64,000 nucleotides of DNA from an uncultured virus (IMG/VR IMGVR_UViG_3300043086_000101). Lineage: Duplodnaviria; Heunggongvirae; Uroviricota; Caudoviricetes. Below are positions 37,601-46,348 of this stretch, piece after piece. The position numbers and the translations under genes are program-made. Every line of letters begins with the position of its first letter. Within the stretch, counting starts at the first letter, position 1. The stretch lies in the IMG/VR virus record IMGVR_UViG_3300043086_000101; one strand, 5' to 3'. The notes under the pieces were generated by a model that had not been told where the DNA came from, did not search any database, and was given only the letters and a program-made list of their open reading frames with translations.

Positions 37601-38536
37601 TTTGACCAGTTTGATGAGCGTAAAAATATTATGGAGAAGTACATCTGGTCTGTTTGTAATCCTAAAAAAAGAATCACTATGCAAAATTTCGCAGGATTGC
37701 TAGACGCGGGATTACTGCCAGATGATATTGATTTTGAAAAAAGAGTATTTAACTTTACTCGCAGTCTTAAAAAATTCTGTAAGCAAGGTGATAAATATTA
37801 TTTGCAACCAAAACATGAAGCATTTCTTCAGAAAAATTTTGATATAGACCCGCAAGTAGATAAAGATGGTAATATCTATATTACTGTTGACTCTTGGAAG
37901 AAAGTCTATGATGAAGCTATGAAACCAGCTAAGAAATATATTTCTGGCCGCAAAGAAGAATTACTCCAAGAGTATAATCAATATCTCTTCAATAAAGAGT
38001 GGGATAAATATGCGGAAGGTGATTACTCAGCATGGGAAATGGCTTCACTTGGATATTATTATCATGAACATGAACTAGCACATATCGATAATTCACGATA
38101 TGGTATTACTTCATATAAGAATATTCCTGAAGTTCCTGTAGTAGAAAAAACTTTTAAGAAAGGCAATAAAGTTATTCCAATTTTTAAGACTTATAGAATT
38201 GCAGGAACTGTAATTGCAAAAGATGATGCTAAATCTACCGTTACTCTACTTACTACAGATAGTGGAGTTGTAAATGTAAAAATGAGCAGAGAATATTATG
38301 CTAGACTTGCTAAGCAAATTTCTAAAGTTAAACCAGATGGAACAAAGCAAGTAGTAGAAAAAAGCTGGTTTGGACGTGGAACTATGCTTGTTTGTAATGG
38401 CTATCGTCGTAGTGGGCAGTTTGCTTGTAAGAGTTATAAACATAGCAATTCACATCAGGTATATAAAATTATAGGCATTAACGGCAAGACTATTAATATG
38501 ACTTATTTAAGAGCAGGTGAAATAAATGAAGAGTAA
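34697..38536 (+). CDS. dnaE: DNA polymerase III alpha subunit
   Basis: PHP domain (HAHTYYS, ITEHG, DAH), GRGS, PDIDLD, HASG, KYDFL, YSFSILH, HhH and OB domains; no intein seen. Confidence 0.95.
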   Translation: MVKRFCPHAHTYYSNIRILDAIADPKELINKAIELGMSGIAITEHGNVCSAPVANFYAEEIAEKYPDFKVALGCEIYLTDTREQKQDYYHAVLIARDTIGHQMIRELSSIAWMNSYYDRGMERVPTLRSEIEDAIKKYGKGHMIMTQSCLGGRVNKHLSKMIQCEKTGDKVGRKENHKIIVDFMKWADEWFGDDFYLEIAPAPYPEQIEVNSRMMGLSKAFNKKIVIGDDAHRVNKEDYEAHKAFLNSQMGEREDIDNFYLYTYLQSEEEVKEHIKDTGLDYDELAANSQEIYNKLENFSLRHKQHVPQVEVKNYPIEDKNSHKYNPDKYPVLDELMHSDNPQERYWINYCQEKLEEKDINKPEYLAELEEEARIQKVIGEKLETCIFSYPIFLQYYIDLIWDCGSTVGVGRGSSVAGLNHYLLGLTQVDPLAEGLPYYWRFLNDERVELPDIDLDFCPDKRADVFAKIREERGELGLIQVCTFGTMTAKSAVQSAMRGYRSDKHPNGIDNDIAQYATSLIPSERGFTWPLSDVIYGNEEKNRKPITEFVKVIKQYPGLLETILKVEGCVSRRGTHASGVLFLEKGHEYDEGAIMRSPDGSLVTQYDLHSAEACGAVKYDFLLTEVQSIITQAIKILQEHNEIEPELTLRQAYDKYIHPTVLPLDDEQLWDDLAFKDIPHKFQFDSTVGSQTVKTLRPHSAKEMADANSIMRLMAPDTWDETPTERYARMKNDMSQWYKEMDKWGLTKEEQKVLEPHYLPVYASPCQQEQLMLILMDENICGFSLKDANAARKIVAKKQLSKIPDLKAKILETASSENLGKYIWETAVEPQCGYSFSILHSTVYSYIGLQTVYLATHWNKIYWDCACMQIEGGIENDSTTNYDKIAKAVCAASTNVNISPIDINKSGYLFEPDVENNTILYGMKALVGINGDMINDIISHRPYSSFEDFCSKVKCTKNTLVPLIKSGAFDQFDERKNIMEKYIWSVCNPKKRITMQNFAGLLDAGLLPDDIDFEKRVFNFTRSLKKFCKQGDKYYLQPKHEAFLQKNFDIDPQVDKDGNIYITVDSWKKVYDEAMKPAKKYISGRKEELLQEYNQYLFNKEWDKYAEGDYSAWEMASLGYYYHEHELAHIDNSRYGITSYKNIPEVPVVEKTFKKGNKVIPIFKTYRIAGTVIAKDDAKSTVTLLTTDSGVVNVKMSREYYARLAKQISKVKPDGTKQVVEKSWFGRGTMLVCNGYRRSGQFACKSYKHSNSHQVYKIIGINGKTINMTYLRAGEINEE

Positions 38537-38555
38537 CCTGCTCTTCTTTTTGATA

Positions 38556-38585
38556 TTGACAAATATTAATATAATATGATATAAT
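38556..38585 (+). promoter_or_regulatory. sigma70-type promoter
   Basis: TTGACA-N18-TATAAT with TG. Confidence 0.8.
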
Positions 38586-38615
38586 ATATGTATAGAAAGT
38601 TGATAAGGAGGTAAA

Positions 38616-39206
38616 GTGGAAAAAGGAGTAATATTAGCTATATGCGGAAAATCTGCAACTGGAAAGAGTACTTTGGCAAGCTACTTACAACAGTGGATGG
38701 TTGCTTATGGTAAGCCAGCTATGTCTATTATAAGTGCAACTACTCGTCCTCCAAGAGACAATGAAAAAAATGGTGTTGATTATTTCTTTATGACTAAAGA
38801 GCAATTTGAAAAGAAGATTGGACATCATGATTTTCTTGAGTATGCGGAATTTCGTGGCTGGTATTATGGAACTCCACTTTCCTCTTTGTCGCATGATAGA
38901 GTTAATATACTAGTGGTAAATCCGCAAGGATTAGAATCATTGTTGTATTTTCAAGATGAATATGATATTATTCCGGTTTATCTTGAAGAATCTTTTGAAG
39001 TGCGGTTAGAAAGATCTTATGCACGAGAAAATAAAATGAAATTTGAATATATTCGTCGTGCAATTGTTGATTTTTTTGCTTTTATAGGAATTAAAAAACT
39101 TATTAGAAAATTCCCGCGTCATATTATATTCTCTAGAGGTTCTTCTATAACAATAGAAATTAATTCTATTATGCATTATTTAATCTCTCTTGGTGTTATT
39201 CACTAA
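38616..39206 (+). CDS. gmk: Guanylate kinase
   Basis: GKSATGKST, TTRPPRDNEKNGVDYFF, FLEYAEF.GWYYGT. Confidence 0.9.
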   Translation: MEKGVILAICGKSATGKSTLASYLQQWMVAYGKPAMSIISATTRPPRDNEKNGVDYFFMTKEQFEKKIGHHDFLEYAEFRGWYYGTPLSSLSHDRVNILVVNPQGLESLLYFQDEYDIIPVYLEESFEVRLERSYARENKMKFEYIRRAIVDFFAFIGIKKLIRKFPRHIIFSRGSSITIEINSIMHYLISLGVIH

Positions 39207-39299
39207 ACAGAAAGATTGGACCAAAAATTAGAAATCTTTCTTATCAATTTTTATATATAAATACGCAGAAAGACACTAGGAATATAGGGAGTGTGATTA

Positions 39300-40310
39300 A
39301 TGTTAATTAAGAAACGAGATGAAAAACTTCAAGATTATAATCTTGAAAAAATCTCAATCGCTATTAGTGGTGCTTTTAATGATTTTAATGAAGAGTTTGA
39401 CGATGTAGAAGTATTGAATTTAATTGAAGATAGAATTTCAAAGCTTCCTAATCCAGTAGATGTTGAGGTTATTCAAGACGTTGTAGAAGATGCCCTTCTT
39501 GATTGCGGATACCGCAAAGAAGCTAAGGCATATATTAAGTTTCGCCATAGGCATGAACTACTTCGCAAGGCCAATACTACTGATAGAAGTATTAAAGAGC
39601 TTCTTGATGGTGATTCAGAATTTTGGAATAAAGAGAATAGCAATAAAAATGCAAAGTGGGTAACTACTCAACGAGATTATATTGCTGGCATTACCTCAAA
39701 AGATATTGCTCGTCGATTTGTCTTTCCAGAAGATGTAATTGCGGCGCATGATGCAGGTATCATTCATATTCATGATATGGATTATGTTGCACAAAATACA
39801 CTTCATAATTGTGACCTAATTAATCTAAATGATATGTTGCAAAATGGTACTGTTGTAAATGGTGTAACAATTGATAAGCCACATCGTCTTTCAACTGCAA
39901 TGACAATTGCAACTCAAATTATTGCTGCTGTTGCATCCTCGCAATACGGCGGCTGTACTGTGAATCTCGTACATCTGGCTCCTTTTGTTCGTGATTCATA
40001 TAATATGCACTATTGTAATGCAGGCGAAGAACTACGTGCAATTGGAGTAGAAGATACTGAAGAAGCACGTGATATTATCGCCCGCAAGAGGACTAAGAAG
40101 GAAATTGCTGATTCAGTACAAACCCTGAACTATCAGCTCAACAGTCTTACTACAACCAACGGTCAGTCGCCTTTTGTCTCCGTATTCATGTATCTTGGCG
40201 ACACAGATGAATATAAAGATGAATTGGCAGCTTTGATTGAAGAAGTTCTAAATCAACGAATCCTTGGAATGAAAAATAAAGTTGGAGTCTATGTAACTGT
40301 TGCTTTCCCT
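39300..40310 (+). CDS. nrdD: Anaerobic (class III) ribonucleotide reductase, exon 1 (join 39300-40310, 41281-42543)
   Basis: ATP cone, AHDAGIIHIHDMDY, HNC, SSQYGG, NGQSPF; spliced junction AFP-KLLYVL. Confidence 0.93.
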
Positions 40311-41280
40311 AAATAATTTGGGGCTTAATATAGTGATATATTAATGAAAAAGATGGTGAACTCATAAACGTGAGGTGTCTAATATAAAAATATTAGGCTA
40401 ACGGTCAACTAAATCGAAAGATTAAGGTGGTAAGAGAGTCTAAGTCCATTTATTTTGGATATGATGATACCGTGTTAAGTTATTCTACAAAACATTATTA
40501 AGGCAGATTATCTAAAAGAAAGGAGGAGATATGTGGAAAGATATTGAGAATACAAATGGTTTTTATTCTGTCAGTGAAGATGGACTTGTAAAATCAAATG
40601 ATAGGGTTATTTTTAATAAAGGTTCTAATGCATATAATAAAATTTCTGGAAAAATCTTAAATCAGTATAAGAATAATAAAGGATATTTATATGTTGATCT
40701 ATGTATAGATGGAAAAAGCAAACATTTCTTAGTTCATAGATTGATTGCAGAAGCTTTTATTGATAATCCAGAGAAATATCCAATTATTAATCATAAAGAC
40801 AACAATCCACTAAATAATAGAGTAGAAAATTTAGAGTGGTGTACATATGCATACAATAATCAATACAGAGCTAAGCAAAATAGAAATAATTATTCTGAAA
40901 AATGTAAAAAAGTTAGAGAACAACCAAGTGTATGGCTGTACAGGTCGGTAAAACAATATGACCTAAACAGCAATATAATTCAGACTTTTAACAGTCTGAC
41001 ACAAGCTACGAATTGGTTGATTGAAAACAATTATACTTCAAATAAAAATGCAAAATCAAATATAATTGCTTGCTGTACCAATAAAGCCAAAACTGCCTAT
41101 GGTTTTATTTGGAGATATGTAGAATAAAAAATGTAACGACTATCCCGCAAGGGAGTAGGGTTAAAGCAAGGTGGAAGTCCAAACCCGAAGTGCCATCTAT
41201 CTGTTTTTACAGATAAAGAGATAGTCTAATCCCACTTTTAAATAAGTGTTAAAGTATTGCGAAAGCAAGGGTAGATAATG
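40311..41280 (+). mobile_element. Group I intron in nrdD
   Basis: P1 CCCT|AAA pairs TTTGGGG (U.G at the splice site); P3 AGATGG 40351-56/CCATCT 41193-98; P7 GACTA 41138-42/TAGTC 41222-26; terminal G 41280; P10 AAATTA/TAATTT. Confidence 0.92.
40531..41127 (+). CDS. Intron-encoded NUMOD4-HNH homing endonuclease
   Basis: WKDI...YSVSEDG.VKS (NUMOD4), VHRLIAEAF...NHKD.NPLNN...NLEW (HNH), C-terminal NUMOD1-like HTH. Confidence 0.92.
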   Translation: MWKDIENTNGFYSVSEDGLVKSNDRVIFNKGSNAYNKISGKILNQYKNNKGYLYVDLCIDGKSKHFLVHRLIAEAFIDNPEKYPIINHKDNNPLNNRVENLEWCTYAYNNQYRAKQNRNNYSEKCKKVREQPSVWLYRSVKQYDLNSNIIQTFNSLTQATNWLIENNYTSNKNAKSNIIACCTNKAKTAYGFIWRYVE

Positions 41281-42543
41281 AAATTACTCTACGTCCTTGA
41301 AGAAGACAATGTTAGACCAGACTCTAAGTATTGGTATTTAACAGAACTCGCAGCTAAGTGTACTGCGAAAAGACTTGTTCCAGATTATATTTCTGAGAAA
41401 AAGATGAAGGAACTTAAACTTTCTAAGGGAGAAACTGTTGGTCATGGAGATGTCTATGGCTGCATGGGTTGTCGCTCGTTCCTAACACCAGACCGAAGTG
41501 GTAATGGATATAATAATATTGCGAAAGCAAAAGATTATGACGGAAAGCCAAAATATTGGGGTCGGTTCAATAATGGCGTCTGCACTATCAATCTTGCAGA
41601 TGCAGCTTTAAGTGCAATTGAAGTTCTCAAAGAACAAGGTACTGAACTTACTCAAGAAAATATTGAAAAGGTATTTTGGCCTTTGATGGAAGAACGAACC
41701 GAACTTTGTCACAAGGTTCAAAAGATTCGTGCGGAACGACTTTCTAAGACCAAGGCAGAAGTAGCACCAATTCTATGGTGTGATGGTGCTCTCGCTCGCC
41801 TAGACCCGCACGAAACCCTAGATCCGCTAGTTCATAATGGATATTCAACTAGTTCTCTTGGTTATGCGGCTCTATATGAGTGCGTAAAAGCTGTAACTGG
41901 TGAAAGCCATACTCAACCTATTGGTAAGGAATTTGGTTTGCGAGTAATGCAATATCTAAACGATCAATGCACCAAATGGAAACTAGCAGAAAATATCGAT
42001 TATTCTGTATATGGCAGTCCAATCGAGAGTACTACTTATAAGTTTGCGACTTGCCTTAAGAAGCGTTTTGGTGAAGTTCCTGGCATCACCGATAGAGATT
42101 ATGTAACCAATAGTTATCATATTCCAGTATTTGAACATATTAATGCTTATGATAAGCTCGCAAAAGAAAGTGAGTTCCAAGTACTAAGTCCAGGGGGTGC
42201 AATTTCATATATTGAAACTGCTAATCTCCAGAATAATATTCCCGCAGTAGAAAGCATCATGCAATTTATTTATGACCATATCATGTATGCTGAACTAAAT
42301 TGCAAGAGTGATTATTGCCAAAAGTGCGGATATGACGGAGAGATTATTATCAAGCAAGATGAAAAAGATGGTCATCATTTCTTTGAATGTCCGCAATGCG
42401 GCAATACTGATGAAGATTCAATGAATATTGCTAGACGAGTTTGTGGTTATATTAGTACAAATTCAATGAATGAAGGTCGTATGCAAGATGTAGCAAATCG
42501 CTATGTACATATGACTGACCATGAGTTAGAAGAAGGAATTTAA
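41281..42543 (+). CDS. nrdD: Anaerobic ribonucleotide reductase, exon 2
   Basis: MGCRSFL finger loop, GRFNNG, TNSYH, CQKC...CPQC, glycyl-radical RVCGY. Confidence 0.93.
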   Translation, partial: KLLYVLEEDNVRPDSKYWYLTELAAKCTAKRLVPDYISEKKMKELKLSKGETVGHGDVYGCMGCRSFLTPDRSGNGYNNIAKAKDYDGKPKYWGRFNNGVCTINLADAALSAIEVLKEQGTELTQENIEKVFWPLMEERTELCHKVQKIRAERLSKTKAEVAPILWCDGALARLDPHETLDPLVHNGYSTSSLGYAALYECVKAVTGESHTQPIGKEFGLRVMQYLNDQCTKWKLAENIDYSVYGSPIESTTYKFATCLKKRFGEVPGITDRDYVTNSYHIPVFEHINAYDKLAKESEFQVLSPGGAISYIETANLQNNIPAVESIMQFIYDHIMYAELNCKSDYCQKCGYDGEIIIKQDEKDGHHFFECPQCGNTDEDSMNIARRVCGYISTNSMNEGRMQDVANRYVHMTDHELEEGI

Positions 42544-42549
42544 AGACCA

Positions 42550-43062
42550 ATGAGAATTGCTCAAATTAGGTCTATGGATATTTCTAATGGATTAGGAGTT
42601 GGTGCGGCCCTGTTCACGCAGGGCTGCCCCTTTCACTGTAAAGGGTGTTTCAACTCTTCTACTTGGGACTATGAAGGAGGAATCCTATATGACCAAGAGC
42701 AAAAAGAAAAGATATTAGAAACGATTAGACCAGAGTATATTACACGTTTTAGTCTATTGGGTGGAGAGCCACTTTCACAGTGTAATATACCAGAATTATT
42801 AGATTTAATTTTAACTATTAGAGAAGAAAAACCAAATATTGAAATTTGGTGTTATACGGGTGATGTATTAGAAAATCTATGGAAAAGATGTGAAACAGAA
42901 CCAGAACTTCAAGAAATTTTAAATCAACTATCAGTATTAGTTGATGGGCCATTTATCCAAGAGCAAAAAGATTTAACATTAGCTTTTAGAGGTAGCAGTA
43001 ATCAAAGATTAATTGATATGCGGCAAAGTTCTCCGTCGCATATTGAGACTTTAGACATTTAG
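42550..43062 (+). CDS. nrdG: Anaerobic RNR activating enzyme (radical SAM)
   Basis: GCPFHCKGCFN, LGGEP, WCYTG, VDGPF, FRGSSNQR. Confidence 0.95.
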   Translation: MRIAQIRSMDISNGLGVGAALFTQGCPFHCKGCFNSSTWDYEGGILYDQEQKEKILETIRPEYITRFSLLGGEPLSQCNIPELLDLILTIREEKPNIEIWCYTGDVLENLWKRCETEPELQEILNQLSVLVDGPFIQEQKDLTLAFRGSSNQRLIDMRQSSPSHIETLDI

Positions 43063-43071
43063 GGAGGAAAT

Positions 43072-43266
43072 ATGATTAAAAACTTTTTTAAAGGATTTTT
43101 CATCGCCTTTCTAGCTATCATTATTCTTTGTATCGCCTTTGTTATTTTTAAAGCAGCTATCGCATTGATAGCATCTATGTGCGGTTTTGATTTTGAGTGG
43201 GCTTATTCAGCATCTATTATTTTCTTAGCTTGCATCATTGTCGGTATTGGTTTTATTGATATATAA
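43072..43266 (+). CDS. Small two-helix membrane protein
   Basis: GGAGG RBS, hydrophobic 64 aa. Confidence 0.65.
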   Translation: MIKNFFKGFFIAFLAIIILCIAFVIFKAAIALIASMCGFDFEWAYSASIIFLACIIVGIGFIDI

Positions 43267-43269
43267 TTG

Positions 43270-43307
43270 AATAGGGTAATATATTTTTTATATTGCCCTA
43301 TTTTTTT
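43270..43307 (+). terminator. Intrinsic terminator
   Basis: AATAGGGTAATAT/ATATTGCCCTATT plus T run. Confidence 0.8.
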
Positions 43308-43321
43308 ATGTAAAATAAAGT

Positions 43322-43350
43322 TTGACGAAAAATAAAAATTATGTTATACT
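43322..43350 (+). promoter_or_regulatory. sigma70-type promoter
   Basis: TTGACG-N17-TATACT with TG. Confidence 0.7.
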
Positions 43351-43382
43351 ATATTTAGTTAAGATAGATTAAGGAGGAAAAA

Positions 43383-43754
43383 ATGGCAGAAATCGGAGTT
43401 GGAAATATGTACGATATGTGCAAGATTGAAACTCTACAGAAGCAGCCAATGAATCCAGAAGATTACCGCAAAGAACTCGTTAATGTTGGAAGTTGGTTTT
43501 CTAGTAATCTTGGCACACAGTATTATATGCTTCTAAATAATGAACTTCATGATTACACTGTTTTTAATTTCATTAATTATAATTTTGCTAAAGCTGTTGA
43601 TGAACTTGAGGAGGTACTTAATAGTCGAGGAGCTGTATACGGTATAGATTTTAATCATGACAATAATTACTTTGAGTTTTGGATTGTAAGTGGGGATGAA
43701 GCTCATATGTATATTTTATTCCCCTGTAATGAATTTGTAATTGATATTCGATAG
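43383..43754 (+). CDS. Hypothetical protein
   Basis: AAGGAGG RBS, 123 aa. Confidence 0.75.
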   Translation: MAEIGVGNMYDMCKIETLQKQPMNPEDYRKELVNVGSWFSSNLGTQYYMLLNNELHDYTVFNFINYNFAKAVDELEEVLNSRGAVYGIDFNHDNNYFEFWIVSGDEAHMYILFPCNEFVIDIR

Positions 43755-43765
43755 CGGAGGTAATA

Positions 43766-44002
43766 TTGATGGAAATTTATATTGATGCTTATATTGGGCT
43801 ACCTTTTGAAATTCGTGTTGTAGAAGACCACCAAATTATTCAGCATGTGCATATTCAAACTGTGCGGGAACTAGTAGATACTATCGAGGTTTTTGAACGT
43901 GAGTATAATATTGATGGGGCTTATGTTCTTGGCGATCCCAAGTTTGCTGCTGCACTTGTGATGGTACTTCCTGGCGAACTTAATCTTCAGGTAAAGGAGT
44001 AA
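43766..44002 (+). CDS. Hypothetical protein (tandem paralog 1)
   Basis: GGAGG RBS; shares PFxIRVxED...EL...EYN...Y..G..K with the next ORF. Confidence 0.7.
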   Translation: MMEIYIDAYIGLPFEIRVVEDHQIIQHVHIQTVRELVDTIEVFEREYNIDGAYVLGDPKFAAALVMVLPGELNLQVKE

Positions 44003-44003
44003 T

Positions 44004-44234
44004 ATGACTAATCTATACGTATCAGCTTCTCCAATCGCTCCTTTTAATATTCGAGTATTTGAAGATAATAATCAAATTCATCAAGAACTTTGTTTTTTGA
44101 GTGAGCTAGATGATAGGGTTATTATTCTTGATAATGAATATAATGTTGAAAATAATTATATTCAAGGAAACAAGAAGTATATTGCAGAGCTAGTTAAAAT
44201 TTATAGCAGTCTTAATTTCAAAATTGTAAAATAA
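44004..44234 (+). CDS. Hypothetical protein (tandem paralog 2)
   Basis: AAGGAG RBS; paralog of the previous ORF. Confidence 0.7.
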   Translation: MTNLYVSASPIAPFNIRVFEDNNQIHQELCFLSELDDRVIILDNEYNVENNYIQGNKKYIAELVKIYSSLNFKIVK

Positions 44235-44252
44235 TAATAAAAAGGAGTCAAA

Positions 44253-44525
44253 ATGATTAAGTACCTTCTCAAGAACACAGCTGAATATCGAATTGATGAT
44301 ATTGAAGATGTTAAAAAGTTTCATGAACAGCTACAAGAACAAGCTAAGGAAGGTGGATATACTCTAAACTCTTTTTCTTGGTCTGAGAAGTCTAGTAAGC
44401 TAGATGGAGATATTGAAATTTATTTTGTCGTTAAAGCAACATTTATTTTTAATGTAGCTAAAGACCCTGAAAACTACCAGTTTACACGAGTAGATTTTCC
44501 AGAATTTGCACTAAAGGAGGACTAA
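44253..44525 (+). CDS. Hypothetical protein
   Basis: AAGGAG RBS, 90 aa. Confidence 0.7.
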   Translation: MIKYLLKNTAEYRIDDIEDVKKFHEQLQEQAKEGGYTLNSFSWSEKSSKLDGDIEIYFVVKATFIFNVAKDPENYQFTRVDFPEFALKED

Positions 44526-44948
44526 TTGGAAACAATTAAAATTAAGTATATTGATTCTCCGCATCTAGAGCAAACAGCACGAGGAAATTGGATTGACCTC
44601 TATCTAGCAGAAGATATTACTTTTAAGGCAGGAGAGTTTAAGCTTTGTCCTCTCGGAGTAGCTATGAAACTTCCGCATGGATATGAAGCTTTAACCGCGC
44701 CGCGTAGTTCTACTTTCAAGAGATATGGTCTTATTCAAACTAACTCTATTGGTGTTATTGATTCATCTTATTGCGGCGATACAGATCAGTGGATGTGGCC
44801 CGCAATTGCTACACGAGATATTACAATTTCAAAGGGTACTAGACTTTGCCAATTCCGCATTATCAAGTCACAACCTGTAATTGAATTTGAAGAAGTCAAT
44901 AAACTAAATGATATTTCTCGTGGCGGATTTGGAACAAGTGGAGTATAG
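44526..44948 (+). CDS. dut: Trimeric dUTPase
   Basis: IDL, PRSS, GVIDSSYCG, RLCQ, RGGFGTSG. Confidence 0.92.
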   Translation: METIKIKYIDSPHLEQTARGNWIDLYLAEDITFKAGEFKLCPLGVAMKLPHGYEALTAPRSSTFKRYGLIQTNSIGVIDSSYCGDTDQWMWPAIATRDITISKGTRLCQFRIIKSQPVIEFEEVNKLNDISRGGFGTSGV

Positions 44949-44956
44949 GAGGTAAA

Positions 44957-45808
44957 ATGAAAATTTTAAAGCCAGATAAAGTTATCGATGCTTTAGAATC
45001 GCAAGTCATTTTCCCCTTGTCAGAAAATTTTTCTCCTACTTTAGGAGTTATTGTAAATCGTGAAACAGAAGCCGATTCAGCTAGTTATGTGCGGCAAATT
45101 GAAAAAATGGGAAATAAATATAACTGCAACATAGAAATTTTTAATGTTGCAAATATGATTGATGCCGCGATGGCAATTTCAGAATTAAAAAAGAATTTAA
45201 ATTGTTTTGGAATTATCATAGTATCAGATTTTGGAGAAGCAACTAGAGCACTTTATGACATGATTCCTCCAAGACTTGATGTTGATTGTTCTTCTACAAC
45301 ATCTATTGGTATGTTTATGGTTAATAATTCGCCAGTGGGTTTTAGAAAAGCTCCTTGTCCTGTTGTAGCAGCTATTAAAATTTTAGAATATGAAAATTAT
45401 GACTTGGCTGGGAAAAAAGTTGCTATTCTTGGTCGTTCTTTAACTACTGGACGGTTAGCTGCCCATTGTTTTTTGAAAAAAGATGCTACTGTTACAGTAT
45501 TTCATACAAAATCTGGAAGAATCAATCTATCGGATTATGATGTTATTGTATCTTGTATAGGCAAGCCAGAATTGATTACAAAGAGTTGGTTCCCAGATGG
45601 TGTAAATGCTCAATATATTATCGATATTGGAATTAATGTCAATGATGAAGGAAAACTTTGCGGCGATGTGAGAAAAAAAGATTTTGAAAATACAAATGTT
45701 GCAATTACTCCAGTGCCAGGAGGAATTGGAAAATTAGCTACTACTATATTATTTACAAAAGTTTATGCTAATACTAAAGCATTAACATCAACCGTAAAAT
45801 ATACATGA
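44957..45808 (+). CDS. folD: FolD-like methylene-THF dehydrogenase, divergent
   Basis: SASYV, DVD, PC, GKKVAILGRS, DATVTVFH, IIDIGIN, LCGDV, ITPVPGGIG. Confidence 0.85.
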   Translation: MKILKPDKVIDALESQVIFPLSENFSPTLGVIVNRETEADSASYVRQIEKMGNKYNCNIEIFNVANMIDAAMAISELKKNLNCFGIIIVSDFGEATRALYDMIPPRLDVDCSSTTSIGMFMVNNSPVGFRKAPCPVVAAIKILEYENYDLAGKKVAILGRSLTTGRLAAHCFLKKDATVTVFHTKSGRINLSDYDVIVSCIGKPELITKSWFPDGVNAQYIIDIGINVNDEGKLCGDVRKKDFENTNVAITPVPGGIGKLATTILFTKVYANTKALTSTVKYT

Positions 45809-46302
45809 GATATTTAAGTTTAGATCAGGCTTTAAAAGTAAGTGGATGGGCAATATTTGATAATACAAAATTGATTGCTCATGGCACATTCACTATTCCA
45901 TCAAATAAACCAATAGAACAAAGATTAAATATGATGATGAAAAATCTTTGTGAATTGGAAAATGAATATGATTTTGATATGATATTTTTTGAAGATATTC
46001 AAAATCAAAATAATAATGAAACATTTAAAAAGCTAGCATACACACAAGCCGCAATTCTTATATGGTGTTATAGTGTTGAAAAACCATATGACATTTTATC
46101 TCCATCCCACTGGAGAAAGATAATTAAAGACAAGTGCGGCAAATCGTTCGGAAGAGCGAGGACAGAACAAAAACAAAATGCAATTGATTTTGTTAAAGAA
46201 CATTATAATGAAGATGTTGATAGCGATACAGCAGATGCAATATGTATAGGCTATGCCGCAATATCTGAATTAAAGAACAATAATAAAAACAGTGCATGGT
46301 AA
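45805..46302 (+). CDS. ruvC: RuvC-like Holliday junction resolvase
   Basis: LSLDQA...SGWAIF, FEDI, PSHWRK, DTADAICIG. Confidence 0.85.
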   Translation: MRYLSLDQALKVSGWAIFDNTKLIAHGTFTIPSNKPIEQRLNMMMKNLCELENEYDFDMIFFEDIQNQNNNETFKKLAYTQAAILIWCYSVEKPYDILSPSHWRKIIKDKCGKSFGRARTEQKQNAIDFVKEHYNEDVDSDTADAICIGYAAISELKNNNKNSAW

Positions 46303-46303
46303 T

Positions 46304-46342
46304 AAAAAAAGGGACTACCTTAATGGTAGTCCCTTTTATTTT
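46304..46342. terminator. Bidirectional terminator at the convergence of the two transcription blocks
   Basis: A7-GGGACTACC-loop-GGTAGTCCC-T tract. Confidence 0.88.
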
Positions 46343-46348
46343 TATATT

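Noticed and set aside
16356..38536. Inteins in GyrA/GyrB, DnaB or DnaE
   Set aside because: Lengths are normal and no C...HN/(C,S,T) junctions or embedded endonuclease motifs are visible.
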